A stretch of DNA of 64,000 nt from a bacterium (GCA_030153785.1 JASKLF010000003.1:18673-82672); one strand, 5' to 3'; positions 1-11,309 are shown, numbered from the stretch's first letter. Notes: generated from the letters alone by a model not told the origin. Program-made: numbers and translations.

Positions 1-1125
1 GGGCTTGCGCCTTTGAGCGTAAAGGGCAAGGCCCAAAGCAAAAGAAAAAAAGGCAACAGTTGCAGCTACAATACCTAATATCAAGCTTGTAGATATCTTT
101 ACATAGGGAGTTTCCTCTCCAGGCTTCATTAGCATAAAAGAACCTAAAAGAAGAGATATAGCCCCTCCAATTGTCAAAATTCCATGAGAAACAATAAAAA
201 GCTCCAATACCAAAAGAATTATTCCCAAGAAAACTAAGGAAAGACCCGCAATGCTAAAGGGAAGTATTTGAAAGGAAAAGAAAAATAGGATTAAACAAAG
301 AGCCCCTATTACTCCAGGAATTATGGCACCGGGATGGGTAACCTCAAATATGAGAGCATAAAAGCCTATGAATAAGAGCAAGTAAGCCACATTAGGATCG
401 CCTATAAAGTGGAGAACTTCATAATACCAAGGCATCTCCACTTCCACAACCTTGTAATCATCGAGTTCTATTTTAACTTCCTTTTTAGAAGAAACCTTTA
501 CCTTTCTACCATTAATATCTTTGAGAAGGGACTCCATACTTGGAGAAACAATATCGATCACCCCTTCCCTCAAAGCTTCATCCGCTGTTAATGTAGCGCT
601 TGTTCTTATTGCCATCTCAGCCCACTTTTCATTTCTTCCTCGCTCTTTAGCAATTGCTTTTATAAGAGCAACAAGGTCGTTTACTATTTTCCCCTCCATA
701 ATCTTCTCTTCCTTCTCTCCTCCCCCACCTCCTCCGATAGTGACAGGATGAGCAGCTCCCACAGTAGTCCCTGGAGCCATAGCAGCTATATGAGCCGACA
801 TAAGAATGAAAGTACCCGCCGACGCTGCTCTTGCCCCACTTGGATACACGTAAACTATAACGGGAACCGAGGAGTTAAGAAACTTTTGAACTATCATTCG
901 CATTGAGCTTACCAAACCACCAGGCGTATCCATTGTAAAGAGTATAAGCGTATCTTCTGGATCCTTTACTTTTTCAAAAACAGTATCGATATATTTGACA
1001 GTTACAGGATTAATCACACCGCTTATGTCCCCTTTGTAAAGGGTAACAGAAAAGGCTGGGCAAGTTAAGGAAAACACCCAAAGCAGGGGGATGAAAAACA
1101 CTATACTCCTAAGAGTTTTTTTCAA
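1..1125 (-). CDS. nfeD: NfeD family membrane-bound serine protease (ClpP class), 3' end outside the window
   Basis: Not in the ORF track; translated by hand from TTG at 1125: signal peptide, then GDISGVINP..MDTPGGLVSSMR..VYVYPSGARAASAGTFILMSAHIAAMAPGTTVGAAHPV, followed by TM helices (HPGAIIPGVIG). Confidence 0.92.
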   Translation of the reverse strand, partial: MKKTLRSIVFFIPLLWVFSLTCPAFSVTLYKGDISGVINPVTVKYIDTVFEKVKDPEDTLILFTMDTPGGLVSSMRMIVQKFLNSSVPVIVYVYPSGARAASAGTFILMSAHIAAMAPGTTVGAAHPVTIGGGGGGEKEEKIMEGKIVNDLVALIKAIAKERGRNEKWAEMAIRTSATLTADEALREGVIDIVSPSMESLLKDINGRKVKVSSKKEVKIELDDYKVVEVEMPWYYEVLHFIGDPNVAYLLLFIGFYALIFEVTHPGAIIPGVIGALCLILFFFSFQILPFSIAGLSLVFLGIILLVLELFIVSHGILTIGGAISLLLGSFMLMKPGEETPYVKISTSLILGIVAATVAFFSFALGLALYAQRRKP

Positions 1126-1126
1126 A

Positions 1127-2473
1127 TTACACCCCCCTTTCCACCCTATCAAGTATCTCTTTTAAAAACCTAACTTCGTAAACCTTCATGTCTTTCAGGT
1201 TCATATTCTCCTTCATCTTAGGAACATAGGCCCTGCTAAATCCCTGTCTCTGCGCCTCACTTAATCGCATCCCCATAAAAGAGACAGGACGTACCTCTCC
1301 CAAAAGTCCGACTTCTCCAATAAATAGGCTACCGCTCTCAAAAGGTATATCCTTATAAGAAGAAAATATCGCACAACATACAGGAACATCCAGAGCAGGG
1401 TCGTTCGTTTTTAGTCCCCCTACAATATTAAGATAAACATCATATTTTCCTAAAGGCAAACCTATCCTTTTTTCAAGAACAGCAACTAAAAGTTGGAACC
1501 TATTGAAATCGAAACCCTGAACAACTCTCCTGGGATAAGGGAAAAAGGTAGGCGTAACGAGAGCCTGAACCTCTATGATTAAAGGCCTTTCGCCCTCCAT
1601 TACAACACCAATAGCCGCTCCCGAGACCCCTTCCAAACCACTTAAAAAAATCGCTGACGGGTCCTTAACCTCCATTAACCCCTTAGAAGTCATCTCAAAT
1701 ATTCCTACTTCAAGGGTAGAACCATATCTATTCTTAACCGACCTCAAGGTTCGATACTGTGTTCTTTTGTCCCCTTCAAAGTATAACACAACATCTACAA
1801 GATGCTCCAGAAGCTTAGGCCCAGCTATATTTCCTTCCTTAGTAACATGACCAACCATAAATGCTGAAATACCTTCTTCCTTCGCAAAGGAAAAAACCCT
1901 CTGGGCACATTCCCTAACCTGGGATACGGAACCAGGAACACCTCCTACCTGGTCAGATTGAACTGTCTGTATAGAATCTATGATTATTAACTCTATGGGG
2001 GAAAGCTTCGCTGTTTCAATAATCGTTTCTATATTGTTTTCGGAAACAAGATAAAACCTATCGGAATTTATTCCAAGCCTTGAAGCCCTTGAAGCTACCT
2101 GTTTAATAGACTCCTCCGCAGAAACATAAAGAACAGGTTTTCCATCAGACGAAAGCTTACCAGCTATCTGCAAAAGAAGTGTAGACTTCCCTATTCCTGG
2201 CTCCCCACCTAAAAGGCATACAGACCCCTTAACTATGCCACCTCCCAAAACCCTATCGAACTCACCTATACCCGTAACAAGCCTTTCCTCAAACTCCTCC
2301 TCCAAAATCTTTTGCAGAGTCGGAGGAGACTTAACCGAAACGCTTGATAAACTTAAAGGGGGAGCCTTTTCGATGAAGCTCCCCCAGCTTCCGCACTGAG
2401 GACAACTTCCCAACCACTTTAAAGTTTCATATCCACAAACATCACAAACATATCTAACTTTAGCCTTGGCCAC
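1127..2473 (-). CDS. radA: DNA repair protein RadA/Sms
   Basis: C4 zinc finger YVCDVCG..WLGSCPQC, Walker A GEPGIGKST, KNRYG motif; start moved to GTG at 2473. Confidence 0.97.
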   Translation of the reverse strand: MAKAKVRYVCDVCGYETLKWLGSCPQCGSWGSFIEKAPPLSLSSVSVKSPPTLQKILEEEFEERLVTGIGEFDRVLGGGIVKGSVCLLGGEPGIGKSTLLLQIAGKLSSDGKPVLYVSAEESIKQVASRASRLGINSDRFYLVSENNIETIIETAKLSPIELIIIDSIQTVQSDQVGGVPGSVSQVRECAQRVFSFAKEEGISAFMVGHVTKEGNIAGPKLLEHLVDVVLYFEGDKRTQYRTLRSVKNRYGSTLEVGIFEMTSKGLMEVKDPSAIFLSGLEGVSGAAIGVVMEGERPLIIEVQALVTPTFFPYPRRVVQGFDFNRFQLLVAVLEKRIGLPLGKYDVYLNIVGGLKTNDPALDVPVCCAIFSSYKDIPFESGSLFIGEVGLLGEVRPVSFMGMRLSEAQRQGFSRAYVPKMKENMNLKDMKVYEVRFLKEILDRVERGV

Positions 2474-3332
2474 TACCCTTTCTACCCCCGTTGGCCTCCT
2501 TGTGATAGGGAAGGGGTATGTACTGAACCGATGGCCTTCTCTGGGAAGTCTGAGGATAAAGATCCATGAGAGCAAAGATCTCTTCAGGCATATCAGTAGA
2601 TACAGGTAATCCCATCGCCTTAAGTTCATCATAGGTAAGCGGATAGTCGTGGGTCCACCTTCCCTCCGTTAAAGCGCGGGCTATTTCCTGGGCCTTTTTC
2701 TCTCCCATTTTCTCCTTCAAAAGGCAATAAACGAAATTATAAACCTGATCTATAGCTTTCTTGGCTATATCGGCAAGGATCAAGGTATGGTCATCTATCT
2801 CATTTATATCCTTTTGCTCAAGGACTTTAAGTATGGAAGCAGCCGGGTATTGGCCTAACTGTGGGTCCACAGGCCCCATGACCGCATTTTCATCCATTAC
2901 TATTTCGTCCGCTGCCAAAGCTATCAGAGTACCACCAGACATGGCATAGTGAGGAACAAACACTGTAACCTTCCCTTTATGCTTATTCAAAGCACAAGCT
3001 ATTTGCTCTGCTGCCAATACAAGACCACCCGGCGTGTGTATAACTATATCTATCGGCATATCTGGAGGCGTCATCCTTATAGCTCTTAAAATCTGCTCCG
3101 AATCCTCTATGTTGATAAACCTGGAAAAAGCTAACCCAAAGAAAGAGAAGCTTTCTTGCCTGTGGATGAGCGTTATAACCCTACTTCTTCTTTTCCTTTC
3201 GATTTCATTAATCAGCCGCATTCTCATCCTTTCTAAGTTCCACTGACTAATCATCGGACTAAGGGCTAGAAAAAGCAGGATAAACCAGAATAAATTACTC
3301 AGGAAATACCACCCATAAGAATATCCCGTCAT
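2460..3332 (-). CDS. SDH-family (DUF114) Clp-fold serine protease with N-terminal TM helix
   Basis: [42 protein letters not shown] and WTHDYP motifs. Confidence 0.9.
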   Translation of the reverse strand: MTGYSYGWYFLSNLFWFILLFLALSPMISQWNLERMRMRLINEIERKRRSRVITLIHRQESFSFFGLAFSRFINIEDSEQILRAIRMTPPDMPIDIVIHTPGGLVLAAEQIACALNKHKGKVTVFVPHYAMSGGTLIALAADEIVMDENAVMGPVDPQLGQYPAASILKVLEQKDINEIDDHTLILADIAKKAIDQVYNFVYCLLKEKMGEKKAQEIARALTEGRWTHDYPLTYDELKAMGLPVSTDMPEEIFALMDLYPQTSQRRPSVQYIPLPYHKEANGGRKGSGQG

Positions 3333-5800
3333 GTCCGAGCCTCCTCTTTCCTAACCAGCCTAAGCTCCTTGCCATCTTCAGCAACATCTACCAAAATCTT
3401 ATCTCCCTCTTTAAATTCTCCTCTGAGTATGGCTTCAGATATAGGATCTTCTATGTGCCGTTGAATTGCCCTCCTTAATGGTCTCGCCCCATAAATGGGA
3501 TCATAACCTACCTTAACTAAGAACTCTTTAGCCTTCTCTGTAACCTCCACTTCCATACCTTGCTCCCTTAATCTCTCGTTTACTTTCACTACCATAAGGT
3601 CAACTATCTTCTTAATTTCCTCTTCCTTAAGCATTCTGAAAACTATTATCTCATCGAGCCTGTTTATAAACTCAGGTCTAAATGTTCTTTTAACTGTGTC
3701 CATTATCCTTTCCTTAATCCTCTCGAAATCTTCCTCTTCGGTTTTTGTAAAACCAAGGGAGCTCTGACTTCTTATATATTCAGCGCCCACATTAGAAGTC
3801 ATTATTATTACGGTATTTCTAAAGTCTACCGTTCTTCCCTTACCATCGGTTAATCTGCCGTCCTCCAATACTTGCAAAAGGATGTTAAATACATCAGGAT
3901 GAGCCTTCTCTATTTCATCTAAAAGTATGACCGAATAGGGCTTCCTCCTAACAGCCTCAGTAAGTTGACCTCCCTCCTCATAACCCACATAACCCGGAGG
4001 GGCTCCTATTAACCGCGCCACGGAGTGCTTCTCCATATATTCCGACATATCAAGTCTTATCATCGCATCTTCCGTTCCAAATAAGAATTCCGCTAAAGCC
4101 CTTGCGAGTTCAGTTTTGCCAACTCCCGTAGGACCCAAGAAAAGGAAAGAGCCTATCGGTCTTTTAGGATCTTTAAGTCCCGCTCTTGCCCTTCTTATAG
4201 CACGGCAAACCGCCCTAACCGCTTCTTCCTGATTTATAAGCCTCTTATGGATAAGCTCCTCCATTTTTGTGAGCTTTTCCATTTCTTCTTCTTGCAATTT
4301 AGTAGCAGGTATTCCCGTCCACCTCGAAACAACTTCAGCTATATCTTCTGCAGTAACTATAGGTTCTCCCTTTCCCTTTTCTTCTACCCATCTTTTACGT
4401 TCCTCTTCAAGCCTAGCTTTAAGCTCTCTCTCCTTGTCCCGAAGTTGAGCAGCCTTCTCAAACTCCTGTTTTTTAACAGCCTCCTCCTTCTCCTTAACAA
4501 GCTCCTCTAGCTCTTGTTCAAGTTGCTTAATGGTATCGGGCTCAAGGGTAGACCTTAACCTAACTTTAGCAGAGGCTTCATCTATTAAATCGATAGCCTT
4601 ATCGGGAAGAAATCTGTCTTTTATGTAACGAGAAGAGAGTTTGGCAGCTGCCTCTATAGCTTCATCGGTTATCTTAACCCTGTGATGAGCTTCGTAACGA
4701 TCTCTCAGTCCTTGAAGAATCTGCTTCGTTTCTTCTTCCGATGGTTCATTCACCATAACAGGTTGAAACCTTCTTTCCAATGCAGCATCTTTCTCTATAT
4801 ATTTCCTATGTTCGTCTAAAGTGGTAGCACCTATTACTTGAATATCGCCCCTAGCTAAAGCGGGTTTAAGCATGTTACCCGCATCAATCGCACCCTCTGC
4901 GGCACCTGCTCCTACTATGGTATGAAGCTCATCTATAAAAAGAATAACATCCTTGGCACTTTCAAGCTCCCTTAGTATCCTTCTCATCCTCTCTTCAAAC
5001 TCTCCCCTATATTTAGTTCCAGCCACTATATTAGCCATATTAAGCTGAACTATCCTCTTGTTCTTCAACACCTCGGGAACTTCACCAGCAACTATCCTTT
5101 GTGCCAAGCCCTCCACAATTGCAGTTTTACCAACGCCTGGATCCCCTATCAAAACGGGATTATTTTTCGTTCTTCTGCTTAGTATCTCTATGACCCTCTC
5201 TATCTCCTTTTCTCTTCCAATAACTGGATCCAGCTTGCCCTCAGCCGCAAGCCTCGTAAGATCTACGCCGAATTCATCAAGGGTGGGAGTAGAAGATTTC
5301 TCTCTCCTCTTAAAAACTCCTTTCTTTGGAGCGAAACCGCTCGTCCTCCCGACCTCTTCTCCTCCAAGCATTTCAAACAGTTTTTCTCTAACCGTTTCTA
5401 AATCGGCTCCAAGATTTATGAGTATTTGAGCAGCTATCCCCTCTCCCTCTTTTATTAATCCTAACAACAAATGTTCCGTGCCGACATAGTTATGCCCCAT
5501 CGACTGGGCCTCGCTGACGGCAAGCTCTAATACTTTCTTAGCCCTCGGAGTGAGGGGAAGCTGGTCCATGTCAACCTTTTCAGTGCCTCTACCAATTATC
5601 CTTTCTATTTCTTGACGAACTTTATCCAAACTTATTCCCAGACTATCTAATACACGAGCTGCAACGCTATCTTTCTCCTTCGTCAAACCAAGAAGCAAGT
5701 GTTCCGTACCCACGTAATCATGGTTTAGGCTTTTTGCCTCTTGGGCTGCATTGTTTATCACCCTTCGCGCTCTTTCCGTGAAATAATTGTAAAACATCAT
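3329..5800 (-). CDS. clpC: ATP-dependent Clp protease ATPase subunit ClpC
   Basis: Two Clp-N repeats, GDPGVGKT and GPTGVGKT Walker A motifs, UVR coiled coil, LGF loop; lies in the ctsR operon. Confidence 0.97.
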   Translation of the reverse strand: MMFYNYFTERARRVINNAAQEAKSLNHDYVGTEHLLLGLTKEKDSVAARVLDSLGISLDKVRQEIERIIGRGTEKVDMDQLPLTPRAKKVLELAVSEAQSMGHNYVGTEHLLLGLIKEGEGIAAQILINLGADLETVREKLFEMLGGEEVGRTSGFAPKKGVFKRREKSSTPTLDEFGVDLTRLAAEGKLDPVIGREKEIERVIEILSRRTKNNPVLIGDPGVGKTAIVEGLAQRIVAGEVPEVLKNKRIVQLNMANIVAGTKYRGEFEERMRRILRELESAKDVILFIDELHTIVGAGAAEGAIDAGNMLKPALARGDIQVIGATTLDEHRKYIEKDAALERRFQPVMVNEPSEEETKQILQGLRDRYEAHHRVKITDEAIEAAAKLSSRYIKDRFLPDKAIDLIDEASAKVRLRSTLEPDTIKQLEQELEELVKEKEEAVKKQEFEKAAQLRDKERELKARLEEERKRWVEEKGKGEPIVTAEDIAEVVSRWTGIPATKLQEEEMEKLTKMEELIHKRLINQEEAVRAVCRAIRRARAGLKDPKRPIGSFLFLGPTGVGKTELARALAEFLFGTEDAMIRLDMSEYMEKHSVARLIGAPPGYVGYEEGGQLTEAVRRKPYSVILLDEIEKAHPDVFNILLQVLEDGRLTDGKGRTVDFRNTVIIMTSNVGAEYIRSQSSLGFTKTEEEDFERIKERIMDTVKRTFRPEFINRLDEIIVFRMLKEEEIKKIVDLMVVKVNERLREQGMEVEVTEKAKEFLVKVGYDPIYGARPLRRAIQRHIEDPISEAILRGEFKEGDKILVDVAEDGKELRLVRKEEART

Positions 5801-6852
5801 TTCTCACCTCCTGTAAAGCTACTTCTTATCAAATCGGCTCTAAACTTATCCCTCTCCTCAGGCGAAAGCTCCTTACCTATAGAAAGCTGAAGGTGTGCAG
5901 GTCTAATTTTTATTATCAGCTCGTTAAGTTTATTCTTGTCAATGGCGGGAAGAATTCCCATATCCACTCCCATCCTCACCTTAGAAAGCAACTCCATTGC
6001 CTCCTTTGAGGATATAAGCCGCGCATGCTTCAGAATACCATAAGCTCTCCATATAGAATCCTCAAGCTCCAAGCCCTTCAATTTTAAAATATGCTTCCTC
6101 GTTAGTTCCTCTTCCTCTATAACTCTTAAAGCTATCTTCTCTATCTTATCTACTACCTCCTCCTCCGAAGGACCCAAGGTTATTTGATTAGATATCTGAT
6201 ATAAATTGCCTATTGCTCCCGTTCCTTCTCCGTATAATCCCCTTACAGTCAAGCCCAGCTTAGAAAGCTCTTCTATAACCCTACCAATTTTCTTTGCAAT
6301 GGTTAATGCTGGAAGATGTAACATCACCGATGCCCTTAATCCTGTCCCCACATTAGTAGGACACGAGGTCAAATAACCAAATTCCTCATCAAAGGCATAG
6401 TCTATATACTTTTCAAGAATAGAATCAAACTGATCTATGATCCTCCATGCTTCGCTAAGCTGTAACCCTCCGAGGAAACACTGAATTCGCAAATGATCTT
6501 CCTCATTTATCATCATGCTTAAAACTCCCTCTTCCTCCACAAGTAAAGCACCGTATCGCTTATCGCCGTTGTTAGCATGATCGGGACTTATCAAGTGTTT
6601 CTCTACTAAGGCCTCACGCTCAATCTGGCTCAACTCACCAAGCATAAGCACCGAAAATGGCTTAAAATAAGGGTCTTTGTGAAGAAGTTCCCTTATTTCT
6701 TTGACTACTCCCTCCAAATCCGACCTTTTTGCGACGGATGGGAAAGGATAAGCTTTCAGGTTTCTTGCCAACCTTATCCTACTTGACACAGCTATGTTAG
6801 AATTAGGGCCTTTTCCCTTTAACCACTCCAACTTTATGTCTTCAACCTTCAT
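5797..6852 (-). CDS. mcsB: Protein arginine kinase McsB
   Basis: [41 protein letters not shown]. Confidence 0.96.
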   Translation of the reverse strand: MKVEDIKLEWLKGKGPNSNIAVSSRIRLARNLKAYPFPSVAKRSDLEGVVKEIRELLHKDPYFKPFSVLMLGELSQIEREALVEKHLISPDHANNGDKRYGALLVEEEGVLSMMINEEDHLRIQCFLGGLQLSEAWRIIDQFDSILEKYIDYAFDEEFGYLTSCPTNVGTGLRASVMLHLPALTIAKKIGRVIEELSKLGLTVRGLYGEGTGAIGNLYQISNQITLGPSEEEVVDKIEKIALRVIEEEELTRKHILKLKGLELEDSIWRAYGILKHARLISSKEAMELLSKVRMGVDMGILPAIDKNKLNELIIKIRPAHLQLSIGKELSPEERDKFRADLIRSSFTGGEK

Positions 6853-7359
6853 CTATACTTTCTTCCCCTCTATTTCCCTAATTTTGTCTCTTAGTTCCGC
6901 TGCCTTTTCATATTCCTCTCGCTTTATAGCTTCGTTTAACTCCTCCTTAAGTCTTTCCAATTCTTTTAAGCGCGCAAGCTCTTCGTTTGCCCTTAAGGGA
7001 ATCTTTCCCCCATGCCTTGTATTCCCGTGAATCCTTCTAAGAAGAGGAACAAGCTTACTCTTGAAAGTTTTGTAGCACTCAGAACATCCAAGCTTTCCTA
7101 TTTCCTGAAAACCCTCATAACTCAAACCACACTTAGGACATCTTAACGAAGGAGGCCTCGACTCCTCCCAGAAGGGAAGCGATGGCTTAAGAAGGGTTCC
7201 CAGCAAGTCTGGAAGAGAGAAGTCGAAAGATAAGAAATCTCCTCCCCCTAAGAGTTTCTCAGCACAATCCTTACATAAATGAAGTTCCTCTTTCTTTCCC
7301 CCAACAAATCTCGTGATATTAACGGTAGCCTCCTTAGCCTTACAGTTCTGACATATCAT
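6853..7359 (-). CDS. mcsA: McsA activator (CxxC motifs plus UVR domain)
   Basis: MICQNC..HLCKDC..CPKCG..LGCSECY..EEYEKAAELRD; start moved to ATG at 7359. Confidence 0.95.
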   Translation of the reverse strand: MICQNCKAKEATVNITRFVGGKKEELHLCKDCAEKLLGGGDFLSFDFSLPDLLGTLLKPSLPFWEESRPPSLRCPKCGLSYEGFQEIGKLGCSECYKTFKSKLVPLLRRIHGNTRHGGKIPLRANEELARLKELERLKEELNEAIKREEYEKAAELRDKIREIEGKKV

Positions 7360-7846
7360 TATCTTCACCTTCTCCCCCCGAAATAGAGCAAAGGAGCTTC
7401 TTAAGTAAAAAAGCTCTCGCAATGTTATACTTGTATTCGGGAAAGTCACCAAGCTCATCAATTATTTCATCTAATGCCGAGAGGGCAGATTCTACAAGAA
7501 GCCTCTCTCTTAAGGAAATGAATTTATCGTTGGTAAGACGAGATATAAGCCCCTTTGCCCTTGTCCTATCGATAGCCTCCCCTATTTCATTAACCATGTT
7601 TTCAAAAAAGCACTCTTTTGTAGGTACGCCAACTTTTATTATCCTTATATAACCTCCACCACCACGCTGGCTTTCAACTATGTAACCCCTGTCTGGCGTA
7701 AAGCGAGTTCTTATAACATAGTTTATTTGAGACGGAACACAACCAAATCGTCGGGCTAACTCTCTTCTTTGAAGGCGGATAACCTCACTTGATGCTTCCA
7801 TCAAAAGCTTCTTAATATAAGCTTCTATGTGATTTGCAAGGCTCAT
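7340..7846 (-). CDS. ctsR: Class III heat-shock repressor CtsR
   Basis: FGCVPSQINYVIRTRF and VESQRGGGGYIRI thermosensor loop; ATG at 7846 follows an SD. Confidence 0.96.
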   Translation of the reverse strand: MSLANHIEAYIKKLLMEASSEVIRLQRRELARRFGCVPSQINYVIRTRFTPDRGYIVESQRGGGGYIRIIKVGVPTKECFFENMVNEIGEAIDRTRAKGLISRLTNDKFISLRERLLVESALSALDEIIDELGDFPEYKYNIARAFLLKKLLCSISGGEGEDNDMSEL

Positions 7847-7859
7847 ACCCCACCACCTC

Positions 7860-7908
7860 TTTGACCTTTTCTGACCTTCATTATAAACCTTATTTAACCT
7901 TATGTCAA
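7860..7908 (-). promoter_or_regulatory. Consensus sigma-A promoter with CtsR operator
   Basis: Minus strand reads TTGACA (7908-7903), 17 nt, TATAAT (7885-7880), then AGGTCAG-AAA-AGGTCAAA (7877-7860), matching the CtsR direct heptad repeat. Confidence 0.93.
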
Positions 7909-9239
7909 GCATCTATTATCTCTTCGGGAGCCAAATTTTCAAAACGAGTATATTCCTTGAAAAATTTTAATTTAACCGTTCCCACAGGGCCATTTCTATG
8001 TTTACCAATGATTATTTCAGCTATTCCAGGCTCCGCTTCTGGCCTATAAACTTCCTCTCGATATATAAAAGCAACCACATCAGCATCTTGTTCTATAGCC
8101 CCTGAATCTCTTAAATCGGAAAGCTGTGGCCTTTTATCCTGTCGTTGCTCAACAGCTCTTGAAAGCTGTGAAAGCGCAATTACGGGCACATCGAGCTCTC
8201 TCGCGAGAGCTTTCAAAGCTCGAGACACCTCAGAAACCTCCTGTTGCTTACTTTCTACCCTTTTCCTAAGCTGAACAAGTTGAAGATAATCAACAACTAT
8301 AAGTCCTAAATTTACCTCCGCCTTTAGTCTTCTTGAGCGAGCTCTTATCTCAGCGACACTTATATTTGGGGTATCATCTATGTATATGGGGGCCTCACTT
8401 AAGCGAGCAGCAACCTCCGCCAATTTTCTCCATTCCTTGTCTCCTAAAAATCCCGTCCTTATCCTCTGGGCATCTATCCTCGCTTCCGAACTGAGCATTC
8501 TCTGAGCTAACTGTTCTTTTGACATTTCCAAACTGAATATTGCAACCGGGATTCTCTCCTTACATGCAGCGTGAAGAGCCACATTTATCGCAAAGGCCGT
8601 CTTTCCCATCGAGGGTCTAGCTGCTATTATATTTAGAGAGGAAGGTTGAAAACCTGAGGTAAGCTTATCAAGTTCCTTAAATCCGGTGGGAACTCCTGTG
8701 ATCTCTCTACCTTCGCTATATCTCCTTTCTATCTCATCTATGAGAGGAGAAACTACACCACTTATATGTTTGAAGCCCGTCTCTTCTCCTCTTCTCATTA
8801 TCTCAAAAATTAAACGCTCAGCTTCATCAACGAGCTCCTCTGTAGGCCTATCTTCTTCGTAACCCAAACGGGCTATCTCCGTTCCCGCTCTTATAAGCCC
8901 CCTTAAAATTGCCTTTTCCCTAACTATATTAGCATAGTAATCAGCATTAACGGAGGTAGGAACACTGTGGATAAGCTCCGTCAGGTATTCTATACCACCG
9001 ATATCGTCAAGTTTCCCTACCTTTCGTAACGCCTCAGAAACAGTAATGAGGTCTACCGCCTTGCCTCTATCAAATAGCTCGAGAATAACCTCGTATATTA
9101 CCTTATGAGCGGGCTCATAAAAATCATCGGGGCGTAGAATCTCTATAACCCTTGCTAAAGCATCTCCATCAATTAATATAGAACCTAAAACAGACTGCTC
9201 TGCCTCAATATTTTGAGGGGGAACCCTCTCCTCTATCAT
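7905..9239 (-). CDS. dnaB: Replicative DNA helicase
   Basis: PPQNIEAEQSVLG, AARPSMGKT, LSDLRDSGAIEQDAD, KHRNGPVG; no intein. Confidence 0.98.
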   Translation of the reverse strand: MIEERVPPQNIEAEQSVLGSILIDGDALARVIEILRPDDFYEPAHKVIYEVILELFDRGKAVDLITVSEALRKVGKLDDIGGIEYLTELIHSVPTSVNADYYANIVREKAILRGLIRAGTEIARLGYEEDRPTEELVDEAERLIFEIMRRGEETGFKHISGVVSPLIDEIERRYSEGREITGVPTGFKELDKLTSGFQPSSLNIIAARPSMGKTAFAINVALHAACKERIPVAIFSLEMSKEQLAQRMLSSEARIDAQRIRTGFLGDKEWRKLAEVAARLSEAPIYIDDTPNISVAEIRARSRRLKAEVNLGLIVVDYLQLVQLRKRVESKQQEVSEVSRALKALARELDVPVIALSQLSRAVEQRQDKRPQLSDLRDSGAIEQDADVVAFIYREEVYRPEAEPGIAEIIIGKHRNGPVGTVKLKFFKEYTRFENLAPEEIIDA

Positions 9240-9685
9240 GCCTCTGGCTCTACCCTAACTTTTACCTCCGTCTCTATTCCCAAACCAAGTTTAAGCTTAA
9301 CAACGTGCTCTCCAACTTCCTTTATAGGAGAAGCGAGTTCCACAACTTTCTTATCAATATCAATCCCCATAGTTTTCTTGATAGCTTCAGCTATCTCAGA
9401 GGCTGTAATAGAACCAAAAAGCTTCCCTTTGTTTCCTGCCTTCGCCTTCAAAATCACTTCTTTGCCTTCCAGATTTTCCTTTATCTCTAAAAGGACCTTC
9501 CTCCTCCTTTCTTCCTTCTCCTTCTTTTTTAAAACTTCACTCTTAAGCCTGCTTATCTCACCCTCTGTAGCCATAACCGCCAATCTTTTAGGTATCAAAA
9601 AATTTCTTGCATATCCATCTGCAACATTGACGACGTCTCCTCTCTTACCAAGCTTTGGCACGTCTTCCAGCAATACAACTTTCAC
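9236..9685 (-). CDS. rplI: 50S ribosomal protein L9
   Basis: MKVVLLEDV..LGKRGDVVNVADGYARNFLIP, GKLFGSIT. Confidence 0.98.
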   Translation of the reverse strand: MKVVLLEDVPKLGKRGDVVNVADGYARNFLIPKRLAVMATEGEISRLKSEVLKKKEKEERRRKVLLEIKENLEGKEVILKAKAGNKGKLFGSITASEIAEAIKKTMGIDIDKKVVELASPIKEVGEHVVKLKLGLGIETEVKVRVEPEA

Positions 9686-10626
9686 AGGCCTCCCCTCCTT
9701 CTCCTGAGATCTATGATAACATCGAACATTCCTAAAAAAAGAGCCACCTTGGATAAAAAGGGCTGGGTAAAAACAAAGAATATTACGACGATCCTAAACC
9801 CCCTTTTGAGCCTAAACCTTTTCATGAGATAATCCAAAAAGGAAGCCCCTTGAATCGTGAAAAGCACTCCAAACACGAGCTGAAGATTAGCTCCAGCGTT
9901 AATAAGATAAGAATTAGAAGTATGCCCCCCTATTATAGAAAATAGGATTCCAACAGCCATACCCCAAAAGATAGAACGAGGAAACCTCCACTCACTAAAG
10001 GAAGGAAGGGATGGGAAAGTCTCCCTTAACCTTCTTAGCACCCAGCCTGATACCACAAAGGTAAGGAAGGCATCCAAGGCAGAAGCAAGAATTATTATAG
10101 CTGGGAAAATAGTCCGCAAGTAGTTTAAAAAAGCTGATAAGTTTTGATCACTCAAAGGTGACCCCTCTTGAAGCAAGCCCAACTTCCTATAAAAATCTGC
10201 AGAACTTTTAAAAGCATCCTGTATCATCTTCAGGTTGAACTCAAAGGGGTTAATTCCGAGGATTAAAGCGGAAAGAGAAAAAAACAGGATTTTGGCTCCT
10301 AACGAAGCCAAGGTTCCGTAAAAGAGCACTTCACTCGGCCTAAACCCCCTGCCTACTAAAAAGCCTATAGCTATAGCAACAACCGCCGAGTTAAAGATAA
10401 AGACAAAAGCCTGAAACGGGCCTCCAGCTAAGAGAATTAGGAAAGAAGATATTAAAGCACCCGCTAATCCCCGCTTCAGGCCATATCTCATGCTCAAGAT
10501 TACAAGAGGGACAGGCGAAAAAAGCGCTAAAAATATACCAATCAGCGGAATGTATAAGCTTCCAAGAAATAGAATAAAGGTAAGCGCAATTAAAAGTGCT
10601 CCTTCGACTGTTTGCTTCGTACGCAT
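9682..10626 (-). CDS. YybS/DUF2232 family membrane protein
   Basis: Multi-TM protein starting TVEGALL and ending LGMFDVIIDLRR; conserved position between rpsR and rplI. Confidence 0.85.
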   Translation of the reverse strand: MRTKQTVEGALLIALTFILFLGSLYIPLIGIFLALFSPVPLVILSMRYGLKRGLAGALISSFLILLAGGPFQAFVFIFNSAVVAIAIGFLVGRGFRPSEVLFYGTLASLGAKILFFSLSALILGINPFEFNLKMIQDAFKSSADFYRKLGLLQEGSPLSDQNLSAFLNYLRTIFPAIIILASALDAFLTFVVSGWVLRRLRETFPSLPSFSEWRFPRSIFWGMAVGILFSIIGGHTSNSYLINAGANLQLVFGVLFTIQGASFLDYLMKRFRLKRGFRIVVIFFVFTQPFLSKVALFLGMFDVIIDLRRRRGGL

Positions 10627-10637
10627 TACCTAAAAGT

Positions 10638-10880
10638 TTACTCTACAACAAAAGGAAGTAAAGCCATTATTCTAGCTCTCTTTATAGCTCTTGTAAGCTG
10701 ACGTTGATGTTTAGCACAATTTCCCGTTATTCTTCTGGGAAGAATCTTCCCTCTATCAGAAAGATACCTTCTTAACTTATCCACTTCCTTGTAATCTATC
10801 TCTCTAACACCATCAACACAAAAGGCACATATCTTCTTCTTCCGAACCCTTCTAGGCATCTTAAAATTCCTCCTTTCCAA
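10638..10880 (-). CDS. rpsR: 30S ribosomal protein S18 (zinc-binding form)
   Basis: [25 protein letters not shown]. Confidence 0.98.
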   Translation of the reverse strand: MERRNFKMPRRVRKKKICAFCVDGVREIDYKEVDKLRRYLSDRGKILPRRITGNCAKHQRQLTRAIKRARIMALLPFVVE

Positions 10881-10886
10881 GGAAAG

Positions 10887-11309
10887 CTAAAATGGGATTT
10901 CGTCTTCTTCCTCATCAAAAGGGGGGAAATCCTCCTCATCCCGTAAGGATGGAATATCCTCTTCCTCCATTCGAGGAGTCCCACCTAAAAATTGGACTCT
11001 TAAAGCCACAACCTCAAAAGCTCTTCTTCTTTGTCCATCCTGAGTTTCGTAACTTCTGACCCTTAGGCGCCCTTCAACCAAAACTGCTCTTCCCTTTGTA
11101 AGATATTGAGAACAATTTTCTGCCTGTTTTCCCCAAACAACTATGGGAATAAAATCAACCTCATCAACCAAGGCACCGTCCCTATTGGTATAGCTTCTAT
11201 TAACTGCAATGGTGAATTTAGCTACCGCTTGCCCTGAAGGAGTATAACTCAGCTCAGGATCTCTCGCAAGGTTACCCAAGAGGATAACCTTGTTATAACC
11301 TCTTGCCAT
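10887..11309 (-). CDS. ssb: Single-stranded DNA-binding protein
   Basis: NKVILLGNLARDPEL OB fold; acidic C-terminus DEIPF. Confidence 0.98.
   Translation of the reverse strand: MARGYNKVILLGNLARDPELSYTPSGQAVAKFTIAVNRSYTNRDGALVDEVDFIPIVVWGKQAENCSQYLTKGRAVLVEGRLRVRSYETQDGQRRRAFEVVALRVQFLGGTPRMEEEDIPSLRDEEDFPPFDEEEDEIPF

Noticed and set aside
2474-2632. N-terminal extension of radA in the ORF track
   Set aside because: It overlaps the SDH protease gene in another frame; RadA homology starts at GTG 2473
7360-7912. Long N-termini of mcsA (to 7461) and ctsR (to 7912)
   Set aside because: They overlap the neighbouring gene or the promoter; SD-preceded ATGs exist at 7359 and 7846
7905-9239. Intein in dnaB
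   Set aside because: Normal length with continuous helicase motifs
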